From a virus, in the IMG/VR virus record IMGVR_UViG_3300011008_000125: a stretch of 47,741 nucleotides of DNA; one strand, given 5' to 3'. Below the pieces are notes generated by a model, which had not been told where the DNA came from, searched no databases, and saw nothing but the letters and a program-made list of their open reading frames with translations. Each line of letters opens with the position of its first letter. The stretch's first letter is position 1. The position numbers and the translations under genes were made by a program. Shown here one piece after another: positions 35,534-43,326 of the stretch.

Positions 35534-36708
35534 TCCCGGAAGATTTCAGCGTCAAAATTCGGCAGCGCCTTGATTTCATCACGGTCTTCATCATTCAGGC
35601 TGTCCCACCAAAGTTGTGCATTCTCTGATTCATCCAGCACTTTCATGTAACCTTCCGTGGTCTTATATTCCGGGTGTGCGTTCTTTTCATCATCCGTCAT
35701 TCTATAATCAGGAACCCATTCAACTACTTTTTTAGGAATCTTATTCATCAGGTAATATGCGCGGCTGTTCCACCAATCACGCAAAGTCCAGTCAGACGGT
35801 TTGTTGAACATGCTGATCTTTGGTTCAACAGTCATGAAGCATCCGTTATTAAAAGATGATTTGTTCCAGTCCCCGGTGTTCCTGTTCCCGGTGTTGCAGT
35901 TCCCGGTGTTGCAGTCCCCGGTGTTCCTGTTCCCGGTGTTCCAGTTCCCGGTGTTCCTGTTCCCGGTGTTGCAGTCCCCGGTGTTCCTGTTCCCGGTGTT
36001 GCAGTTCCCGGTGTTGCAGTTCCCGGTGTTCCTGTTCCCGGTGTTCCAGTTCCCGGTGTTCCTGTTCCCGGTGTTGCAGTTCCCGGTGTTGCAGTCCCCG
36101 GTGTTGCAGTTCCCGGTGTTCCAGTCCCCGGTGTTCCTGTTCCCGGTGTTGCAGTTCCCGGTGTTGCAGTCCCCGGTGTTCCTGTTCCCGGTGTTGCAGT
36201 CCCCGGTGTTCCTGTTCCCGGTGTTGCAGTTCCCGGTGTTCCTGTTCCCGGTGTTCCTGTTCCCGGTGTTGCAGTTCCCGGTGTTCCTGTTCCCGGTGTT
36301 CCAGTTCCCGGTGTTCCAGTCCCCGGTGTTCCTGTTCCCGGTGTTGCAGTCCCCGGTGTTCCTGTTCCCGGTGTTCCTGTTCCCGGTGTTCCAGTCCCCG
36401 GTGTTGCAGTCCCCGGTGTTGCAGCCTTTTTGTACTTCATCCCACGGGATTTCACGGATGATATGCAGCTTGTTGGTGCAATATTTAATGTTGTCATCTG
36501 TCACCACATCACCCAGCGCTTCAACTTCAGCAACCACCGTTTCATTCGGGTCATACGGATAAAAGTTGAACACTTGCGGCAGATGTTCACAAAAATGCAT
36601 TCCACGTTCACACACCCTTAAATCAACATCTTCAGTGAAGGTTTCACCCACCTGATACTGCTTATCACGGCATGTCCAATCTTTTTTAAATGCTTTATAT
36701 CCCTTCAT
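35509..36708 (-). CDS. Repeat protein: globular N-terminal domain plus 37 NTG(N/D)(R/C/W) pentapeptide repeats plus C-terminal domain
   Basis: 399-aa ORF. The N-terminus MKGYKAFKKDWTCRDKQYQVGETF resembles a widespread phage domain. The repeat block is encoded by the 15-bp array at 35866-36420. Confidence 0.8.
   Translation of the reverse strand: MKGYKAFKKDWTCRDKQYQVGETFTEDVDLRVCERGMHFCEHLPQVFNFYPYDPNETVVAEVEALGDVVTDDNIKYCTNKLHIIREIPWDEVQKGCNTGDCNTGDWNTGNRNTGNRNTGDCNTGNRNTGDWNTGNWNTGNRNTGNCNTGNRNTGNRNTGNCNTGNRNTGDCNTGNRNTGDCNTGNCNTGNRNTGDWNTGNCNTGDCNTGNCNTGNRNTGNWNTGNRNTGNCNTGNCNTGNRNTGDCNTGNRNTGNWNTGNRNTGDCNTGNCNTGNRNTGDWNKSSFNNGCFMTVEPKISMFNKPSDWTLRDWWNSRAYYLMNKIPKKVVEWVPDYRMTDDEKNAHPEYKTTEGYMKVLDESENAQLWWDSLNDEDRDEIKALPNFDAEIFRECTGIRIC
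35866..36420 (-). repeat. 37 x 15-bp in-frame tandem repeat array
   Basis: The plus-strand units are (cct|gca|cca)gt(t|c)cccggtgtt. The 555 nt divide into exactly 37 units. Confidence 0.95.
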
Positions 36709-36871
36709 GCTTTTCCCTCATTTTCTTATATTCATCTTCAAGGACTTCCACGGTATAAAACCATTTCCGGCAGTCCTTGCATGACCGCGCCCTTCTGGTT
36801 GTGCCGTTCACCTTCCGTGAATCAGCAACTTCCGTTCTAAGTGATCCGCACCGTGGGCATTTCATACCCAT
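36695..36871 (-). CDS. NrdR-like zinc-ribbon protein (no ATP-cone)
   Basis: MGMKCPRCGSLRTEVADSRKVNGTTRRARSCKDCRKWFYTVEV has a CxxC...CxxC pattern. The RBS is GGGGTGA. The start was trimmed from the track ORF. Confidence 0.55.
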   Translation of the reverse strand: MGMKCPRCGSLRTEVADSRKVNGTTRRARSCKDCRKWFYTVEVLEDEYKKMREKHEGI

Positions 36872-36872
36872 T

Positions 36873-37570
<698 letters not shown>

Positions 37571-37574
<4 letters not shown>

Positions 37575-38014
37575 ACCGCCACCCCTTCAATTTCAGCGAA
37601 CCGCCGCGCATTGATGAAATACACCCATGTGTTTTTAGCCGGGTTCTTGATTGCATACCCCCACGGAAACACGCCCTGTTGCAGTCCGCGCCTGACTGTG
37701 TTGTGGTTCATGTGCATCAGTTTGGCGACGGTATTTACATCAAGCGTCTGAATTCCGTCTTTGGCTGCGATCTTACGCGGCTGTGCGTCATCCCACCGGA
37801 AGTAATCAGGGTCAACACCAAGGGCTTCAGCAATTTCACGCTGCTTCTGTTCTGACGGCGTATTCTTGCCGGACAAATACTGACTGATAGATGCCTTACT
37901 GCAACCGGTCATCCCAACCACCTGTGTCTGTGTCAGGTTCAGTTCACACATAATGTTCAATAACGCGTCTTTGAATTTCATCATCCATTCCTTTCTTGTG
38001 GTCATTCTGCCCAC
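37571..38014 (-). CDS. HTH (XRE-type) DNA-binding protein with second C-terminal DNA-binding-like domain
   Basis: LTQTQVVGMTGCSKASISQYLSGKNTPS is the HTH segment. The likely true start is MMKFKD near 37984, which has the RBS AAAGGAA. Confidence 0.65.
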
Positions 38015-38017
38015 ATA

Positions 38018-38233
38018 TCAGTCAAAAAAAATTAGCTGTTGTTCTTCCGGCGTAAGGTTAAGCAGCCGGGTCAGCACCGCAATTTCAGATGCTACAAACT
38101 GCCGTTCACCTTTCAGTTTCGGAAGAAAACCCTGATAGGTCAGACCGCACTTTTCCGCGATATACTGAAGCTTATACCCGGAATCATCAATCTTCTTCCG
38201 TAAAAGTTCCATGCCTTTCATCTTGCCCGTCAT
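38018..38233 (-). CDS. Small HTH protein (XRE/Cro-like)
   Basis: 71 aa. The HTH-like segment is GYKLQYIAEKCGLTYQGFLPKLKGERQF. Confidence 0.5.
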   Translation of the reverse strand: MTGKMKGMELLRKKIDDSGYKLQYIAEKCGLTYQGFLPKLKGERQFVASEIAVLTRLLNLTPEEQQLIFFD

Positions 38234-38242
38234 CCCCTTTCT

Positions 38243-38437
38243 TTATTCTGGAAAATAGTTCTGATTGTACTGTACCCTGACCGTCATGTAACACTTACCG
38301 GCTGCATCTGTCTGCATTGCCTTGATTTTAAATTGCTGCTTTCCGGCTTCAAGAAAGTGCTTGTAACCTTCCGCTTCACCTTCACTGTCAAACTGAATGA
38401 CCTTTTCAATGAACGCTGTCAGAATATGCTTTGCCAT
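38243..38437 (-). CDS. Hypothetical small protein
   Basis: 64-aa ORF. Confidence 0.45.
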   Translation of the reverse strand: MAKHILTAFIEKVIQFDSEGEAEGYKHFLEAGKQQFKIKAMQTDAAGKCYMTVRVQYNQNYFPE

Positions 38438-38455
38438 GCCTTTTCACCATCCCTT

Positions 38456-38677
38456 TCAGTTAAACGGCAATGCCGCGTCAGGGTTGTCCGGGTCAGGTTC
38501 CAGTTCATAGGCGGCAATTTCAGCATCCGTCAGCGGTTCCGAATACTTCAGCCATGACCATGCAGCCACACCCGGCAGCACCGTGGTCTTGCGGTCATAA
38601 TCACCGTGGTCAACCAGATTCTTCATGGGCTGTGCGCCGATGGAAAAACCGCGCTGTGTCATATAATACTTGTACAT
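38456..38677 (-). CDS. Hypothetical small protein
   Basis: 73-aa ORF: MYKYYMTQRGFSIGAQP... Confidence 0.45.
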   Translation of the reverse strand: MYKYYMTQRGFSIGAQPMKNLVDHGDYDRKTTVLPGVAAWSWLKYSEPLTDAEIAAYELEPDPDNPDAALPFN

Positions 38678-39090
38678 CTTTCAGCATCTTCCTTTCTTTG
38701 TAGTTCTTCCAGTTCCTTATATGTCAGCACCCGACTGTGATAACCAATAGCCCGGTAATACTTTGCATACCGCTGTGCATCTTCCACATCACAGCTTGTG
38801 CATGTCTTTATGTGTCCGGCGGTATCCAGCGCCACCACGCAAACGGTCAGGTTGTCCCGGTCTTGCAGTTCTTCACGGAAGCGCTGTAACCACCCTTCAG
38901 TGATGTCATCATGTCTGCCTTGCAGCATCCTGATACAGTTCAGAATGTGGTTCACGGTCATGTCATGCACACTGATCTGTTTACCGTTTTTCTGTGTCCA
39001 TAACCCTTTCATCAGCCGGGTCATGTGCTGATGATAGGCAACATCAGCATCTATTTCCATTTCAAGGGCTGCTTCACGTCCCAAACTCAT
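38659..39090 (-). CDS. Hypothetical protein
   Basis: 143-aa ORF. Confidence 0.5.
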   Translation of the reverse strand: MSLGREAALEMEIDADVAYHQHMTRLMKGLWTQKNGKQISVHDMTVNHILNCIRMLQGRHDDITEGWLQRFREELQDRDNLTVCVVALDTAGHIKTCTSCDVEDAQRYAKYYRAIGYHSRVLTYKELEELQRKEDAERCTSII

Positions 39091-39368
39091 TCAGCGTCAA
39101 CCCCTTTCACGGCAATTTCACCGCCACACGCCGCGTAACCAATCAGGTCAACCCAGCTGTCAACGCTTTGGTATCCGCTGCCCTTCAGCCTTGCGACCTT
39201 GAACAGCACCATCATGATTGCAACGTCTTCAGCGCCAATTTCTTCATCAAGGTATGCTGACCACAACTTTGCTATGTTGGTAAAATTGTCTTCCGGTTCA
39301 CCATACTGCTGGTTGCGGTCTGAACAGACACACTGTTCAGCGCCCTTCAGAAAATCACCCCTTGTCAT
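39087..39368 (-). CDS. Hypothetical protein (DUF6378-like)
   Basis: The ORF was trimmed to MTRGDFLKGAEQ. The motifs DRNQQYGEPEDNF...DVAIMMVLFKVARL...DSWVDLIGYAA are present. Confidence 0.5.
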   Translation of the reverse strand: MTRGDFLKGAEQCVCSDRNQQYGEPEDNFTNIAKLWSAYLDEEIGAEDVAIMMVLFKVARLKGSGYQSVDSWVDLIGYAACGGEIAVKGVDAE

Positions 39369-39378
39369 ATCACACCCC

Positions 39379-40311
39379 CTACATTGATACAGCATACTTT
39401 TTTTCACGTTGTAAAATGCTATTACTCATAAGTTCAACATATTGGTCACCAACATATATTGAATAGTGTCTATCACCTATACAATAATCGTTACCATCAT
39501 CTGGTTTTGTGGTTGATCTATAATGCGGCTGAACACTTTTTCCGTTTCTGTTATGCTTTTTTACTATTGTCGGTATTGGTGCTTTCCTTATTCCTGATGT
39601 ATTACGGCTTTTCATGATGTTTTTTAATGAATCATGGTTCATCGGAAAAATAAAACGCACCCCATTCCATTCATAACACAGCCCCCATGCGTTTTTAGCA
39701 TCATATGCAGCGCATACACCCATGTGATAATTCATTTTTAATTCTTCAATCGCCTTTGGCGCTGTAATGGTGCTATTCTTAGAAATACGCTTATTCAACT
39801 CTAAGAAATCAAAAGCATTATTATAAATAGTTTCATATTCCTGATTTTTTGCATTCTGCTCAAACAACATTTGACATTGTTCATGGATGTATCTTTCTTT
39901 ATGAAGTAATGCATATGTATTATGCAATGTGCGAAAACCAAGCTTCAAATCATAACACTGTATGAACATTTCTCCAACTACCGCGTTCGGCGGTGTAAAT
40001 TTTAATCTATCTCTAAATTCTGTTCTATGTGGTTTTCTAAAACCCATAACCGTTAAATTTCCAGCTTTGTCAAACGGCATACAAAGCCAATAAAAGTGAT
40101 CTATTCCAAGTTTGTTTAAATCTTGTACCGTTGTATTCATAAATGTTACATCTGTAGCATCGTCTACAACGGTTGGTAATAAAACAAAAATCGTTTTCCC
40201 ATTTAACTGCTTTTCAGGTTTCGGAAATTGCTTTTCAATTTCATTCACAACCGCTTCAACCTTATCAATAGTTATGGCGGTTGGAAGTAAATTTAATTTC
40301 TCATATGACAT
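39379..40311 (-). CDS. Hypothetical 310-aa protein on a low-GC island
   Basis: Single long ORF. The local sequence is visibly AT-rich compared with its flanks. No recognisable motif. Confidence 0.7.
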   Translation of the reverse strand: MSYEKLNLLPTAITIDKVEAVVNEIEKQFPKPEKQLNGKTIFVLLPTVVDDATDVTFMNTTVQDLNKLGIDHFYWLCMPFDKAGNLTVMGFRKPHRTEFRDRLKFTPPNAVVGEMFIQCYDLKLGFRTLHNTYALLHKERYIHEQCQMLFEQNAKNQEYETIYNNAFDFLELNKRISKNSTITAPKAIEELKMNYHMGVCAAYDAKNAWGLCYEWNGVRFIFPMNHDSLKNIMKSRNTSGIRKAPIPTIVKKHNRNGKSVQPHYRSTTKPDDGNDYCIGDRHYSIYVGDQYVELMSNSILQREKKYAVSM

Positions 40312-40314
40312 ACT

Positions 40315-40527
40315 TCACACCCCCAAATTGTTCATGATGTCACGAATCATAGCAGTGCCGGAATCACAAGCCACGTTCACCACGCGCTTGCCGCCGGATT
40401 CAAACAGAACCGTGGCGGTTTCCGCATTCGGGTCATACTGGATGTCAGTGACATCTGCCGCGCCGCGTGTATAATGCAGCGTCCGGCAAAGCAAGTCACA
40501 TATCATCTGCTTGTTTTCTTCATACAT
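40315..40527 (-). CDS. Hypothetical small protein
   Basis: 70-aa ORF with the RBS GAAAGGAAGG. Confidence 0.55.
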   Translation of the reverse strand: MYEENKQMICDLLCRTLHYTRGAADVTDIQYDPNAETATVLFESGGKRVVNVACDSGTAMIRDIMNNLGV

Positions 40528-40683
40528 AGTCCAAACCTTCCTTTCTGGAAGCCCTGACCGGGTACACCGGGGTAGTGTTGTCAGGGCTGTGTTCCCCTTG
40601 CGGTTCAGGCTGATCCGGTTGCCGCCAATTATATGCCCATTGTGGTATTTTTTAAGGTGGTTCCGGTTCCACCATGAATCACA

Positions 40684-40860
40684 TCAGTCCACAAATGTGT
40701 GCTTGATGAAATCATAGATACCAATGACTGAACTGGAACAAACCACTTCAACCCGGTCATCATCAATGATGTTGATACGAATCCGGTTCACCATGAACGC
40801 CGGGTAACCCAGCTTAATCATTGCTTCCTGAACTTCTGTCAGCATTTCTTCAACCGTCAT
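40684..40860 (-). CDS. First early-operon protein, hypothetical
   Basis: The ORF was trimmed to MTVEEMLTEVQ (RBS AAGGA, 10 nt upstream). The track start at 40911 would overlap the promoter. Confidence 0.5.
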   Translation of the reverse strand: MTVEEMLTEVQEAMIKLGYPAFMVNRIRINIIDDDRVEVVCSSSVIGIYDFIKHTFVD

Positions 40861-40915
40861 TTCATCCATTCCTTGCAACGGTCTGTTCCTGTGTGGACAT
40901 ACTGCCCACACGCCT

Positions 40916-40944
40916 ATACTACAACTATGTGGTCATAATGTCAA
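40916..40944 (-). promoter_or_regulatory. Early promoter: TTGACA - 17 nt - TAGTAT
   Basis: The minus strand reads ttgacattatgaccacatagttgtagtat. The -35 box is at 40939-40944 and the -10 box at 40916-40921. Confidence 0.6.
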
Positions 40945-40959
40945 CAAAAATTTAGAAAA

Positions 40960-40974
40960 AACTTTGTAAAAGTT
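40960..40974. promoter_or_regulatory. Candidate operator: inverted repeat AACTTT-GTA-AAAGTT between the divergent promoters
   Basis: Read directly: a 6-3-6 inverted repeat overlapping the -35 box of the repressor promoter. Confidence 0.3.
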
Positions 40975-41001
40975 GATTATGCGCCCACAAACTGGTATAT
41001 T
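40973..41001 (+). promoter_or_regulatory. Repressor promoter: TTGATT - 17 nt - (TGg)TATATT
   Basis: The -35 box is at 40973-40978 and the extended -10 box at 40993-41001. It is divergent from the early promoter. Confidence 0.55.
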
Positions 41002-41033
41002 AGTAACAAAAACAGAAAGGGGGGGGGAACGCC

Positions 41034-41462
41034 GTGAAACAAACTGATGAAACAAGGGAATTTCTATCTGCTTTAGGCAAAACAATACAGAAGTACCGGA
41101 AAGCCAAAGGATTGACACAAGAAAAGCTTGCAATTCTGGTTGGGTCTGAATCGGAAAATGACCAAAGGTCTTTGATTTCAAAGATAGAATCAGGGAAACG
41201 AAACCCGGACGCTTTTTTATTGTCCCGTATCGCGTCCGTTCTGGATGTTCCAGCAACAACGCTGATGAATGAAGCGATGCATGTTCAGGATGAAACCAAG
41301 GTGTGTGAACTGTTTGAACGTTGCTATGGTAAAGACGCGTTCAAAGCTGTTCAGCTTTTCCTGAAGCTGGATGTTGATGACCGTGCTGATATTACTGATC
41401 TGATGATTAGTAAATTACGCCGTGAAAAATATTCAACACAAGACGGGTCAAAAATCGGATAG
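41034..41462 (+). CDS. CI-like repressor (XRE-family HTH)
   Basis: The ORF has a GTG start after a poly-G RBS. The HTH segment is GLTQEKLAILVGSESENDQRSLISKIESGKRNP. It is divergent from the early operon. Confidence 0.75.
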   Translation: MKQTDETREFLSALGKTIQKYRKAKGLTQEKLAILVGSESENDQRSLISKIESGKRNPDAFLLSRIASVLDVPATTLMNEAMHVQDETKVCELFERCYGKDAFKAVQLFLKLDVDDRADITDLMISKLRREKYSTQDGSKIG

Positions 41463-41490
41463 GGAATATCATCTATGTGGATTTTGAACC

Positions 41491-41660
41491 GGTAGACGGT
41501 AGACGGTAGACGTTGCTTTTTCTGATAAGCTTTCCATAATCAACTAAAAAAAGTATTTATTAAGAACCTGACTGTTTACATCTACCAACCGATACCGCCG
41601 CATGGTGTAAGGGTTTCAACGTCTACCTGAACCGCTACCTTACATCTACTAACCGATACC
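41491..41660. repeat. Iteron locus 2: 3 tandem GGTAGACG octamers, AT-rich core, inverted (C/A)(G/T)TCTACC / CGCTACC copies
   Basis: Forward copies lie at 41491, 41499 and 41507. Inverted copies lie at 41579, 41620 and 41633, with degenerate ones at 41643 and 41654. It shares the TTATTAAGAAC core and CTACCAACCG with locus 1. Confidence 0.75.
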
Positions 41661-41675
41661 AGAAAGGCAATAATC

Positions 41676-41951
41676 ATGAAAGAATATCAGACAAATGAAG
41701 ATGAAAGAAAATTCTTCACGGCTTTTTATTCCCTACTGACACCAAAACAACAGCAATCCATTCAGTTATACCGGATGTCAAACGGGGCTTATGAAGTAAC
41801 CTGTCATAAGGGCTATATTGGAAAGATCAAGCTTCAAGGTAGAAAACATTGGATTCAGGTGATGAAAAACACATATGATGCCGATGTGATAGAAGGTTGT
41901 GTTGATGATCTGATAAAAGAATTACCAAGGTGGGTCAAAACCATGAAATAA
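41676..41951 (+). CDS. Hypothetical 91-aa protein in the lysogeny module
   Basis: The ORF has the RBS GAAAGG and lies upstream of int on the same strand. Confidence 0.6.
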   Translation: MKEYQTNEDERKFFTAFYSLLTPKQQQSIQLYRMSNGAYEVTCHKGYIGKIKLQGRKHWIQVMKNTYDADVIEGCVDDLIKELPRWVKTMK

Positions 41952-41988
41952 AAAAAAAGACCCCGGCATGTTGCAGCATGTCAGGGTC
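41950..41988 (-). terminator. Hairpin with a T8/9 run on the minus strand (insulator for antisense read-through into the lysogeny module)
   Basis: gaccccggcatg/catgtcagggtc form an imperfect stem. Plus-strand a9 at 41950-41958 gives a U-run on the minus strand. Confidence 0.4.
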
Positions 41989-42094
41989 AGGTGCAACCAA
42001 ATAACCAGTCAAGGAATGGATGAAAGGAATATTTGGACTATGCAGAAAGTATTATATCATTCCTTCCTTGAAATCTCAATGAAAGGAATGAACC

Positions 42095-43114
42095 ATGTCA
42101 CGAAGAAACCCGAACGGTTACGGATGTGTGACCAAGCTGAAGGGCAACCGGTCACGTCCGTGGGTGGTCAAGGTCACCGTCTATGACAGTGAAGGGAACG
42201 CCCATCAGCAAAATGTTGGATATGCGGCAGATGAAGCGGCAGCGCGTCAGATGCTTGCCGCCTACAACAATAACCCGTGGGACGCGAAACGCGAAACCAT
42301 CACGCTGGTTGAAGTGTTCAACCAATGGAAGGAACTAAAGCTTCCAAAAATGGAAAAAGGGTCACAACGCGCAATGCGTTCAGCGTTCAAGTATTGTTCA
42401 AAGTATTACGGCATGAAATACCGCGCACTGAAAACATTTCAGATGCAAGACACCATTGACAGCTGTGGTCACGGGTACAGCACCCAGCGCCAAATAAAAG
42501 CAATGTGGGGTCACCTTGACCGGTTTGCCTTTGAAATGGACATTGTTGACAAGATGTACAGCCAGCTGACCACAACAGACCCAATCACCGAATCAGGAAG
42601 AACACCCTTCACCCAAGAACAGATTGACGCGCTTTGGAAGCTGGAAGCCGCCGCCCCTGATCCGTGGGTTGAATCCGTCCTGATTTACATTTATACCGGC
42701 TTCAGGCTGTCAGAAATTCTTCAGCTTCCAATGGAACGGGTGAACTTTCAGGAATGGTACATCACAGCCGGGATTAAAACGGCAAACGGAAAGAACCGGA
42801 TTGTTCCGATCCATGACCGCATCAAGCCGTTCTTCACCGCCCGGAAAGATGACCCTTACCTTTTCACCCTGAATGGAAGGAAAATAGTGAAGTCCCAATA
42901 TTATGCGTTTTGGTATGAAGCGCTGAAAAAGATAGGTGCTGACAAGACACCGCATGAAGCGCGTCACACTTTTGAAACCCTGTTGGACAACGCCAACGGG
43001 AACCGGAAGTGTATTGATATGCTAATGGGTCACAAGTCCACGGACACCGGGAACCGGGTTTATAACCACAAAACCATTCAGCAATTACGGGATACCATAG
43101 CACTGTTAAAATGA
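42095..43114 (+). CDS. int: Tyrosine integrase
   Basis: TGFRLSEIL carries the catalytic R. The C-terminus HEARHTFETLL...LMGHKSTDTGNRVYNH matches the HxxR...H...Y pattern. Confidence 0.85.
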   Translation: MSRRNPNGYGCVTKLKGNRSRPWVVKVTVYDSEGNAHQQNVGYAADEAAARQMLAAYNNNPWDAKRETITLVEVFNQWKELKLPKMEKGSQRAMRSAFKYCSKYYGMKYRALKTFQMQDTIDSCGHGYSTQRQIKAMWGHLDRFAFEMDIVDKMYSQLTTTDPITESGRTPFTQEQIDALWKLEAAAPDPWVESVLIYIYTGFRLSEILQLPMERVNFQEWYITAGIKTANGKNRIVPIHDRIKPFFTARKDDPYLFTLNGRKIVKSQYYAFWYEALKKIGADKTPHEARHTFETLLDNANGNRKCIDMLMGHKSTDTGNRVYNHKTIQQLRDTIALLK

Positions 43115-43132
43115 TAAAATCAGCACTGAACA

Positions 43133-43323
43133 AGTAACAATTTAGTAACAAAGAAAGCCGGGAACGCCCATTTTACAAGCATTCCCGGCATTTATGATTG
43201 TATCATACCATAAATTTTTAGCAAAAATCTACCCTTTCATGGCTTGAAAAACCGCGTAAATTCAACATTTCGCGCCTTTACACGCTTGTGTTATCCTGTG
43301 CATTTAGTAACAAATTAGTAACA
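43133..43323 (+). promoter_or_regulatory. Putative attP region with two phased pairs of AGTAACAA repeats
   Basis: AGTAACAA occurs at 43133 and 43144, 11 bp apart. It occurs again at 43306 and 43317 (the last copy is AGTAACAc), also 11 bp apart. All copies have the same orientation and lie between int and the endolysin. Confidence 0.4.
43157..43189 (+). terminator. Possible int terminator hairpin
   Basis: The stem gccgggaa/ttcccggc has a 17-nt loop and a weak T-rich tail. Confidence 0.35.
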
Positions 43324-43326
43324 CGG

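Noticed and set aside
35866-36420. CRISPR array
   Set aside because: The 15-bp units are contiguous with no spacers and are far shorter than CRISPR repeats. They are in frame within a coding sequence.
35801-36562. Alternative-frame ORFs across the 15-bp repeat array (253 aa on plus, 221-aa 'TPGTGTPGTA' on minus, 201-aa 'CSSRCS' on plus)
   Set aside because: A perfect 15-bp period keeps every frame open. Only the NTG(N/D)x frame connects to non-repetitive N- and C-terminal domains, a proper start with RBS, and operon coupling.
40933-41259. 108-aa minus-strand ORF across the switch region
   Set aside because: It is antisense to the CI-like repressor gene and spans both promoters. Its translation is low in complexity.
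41968-42186. 72-aa plus-strand ORF upstream of and overlapping the int start
   Set aside because: It overlaps the integrase N-terminus in another frame and has no RBS. The integrase ATG at 42095 has the RBS GAAAGGAATGAACC.
43115-43326. tRNA or tmRNA fragment marking attP
   Set aside because: No cloverleaf-compatible segment or T-loop consensus (GGTTCGAATCC-like) is visible by eye. The integration target remains unknown.
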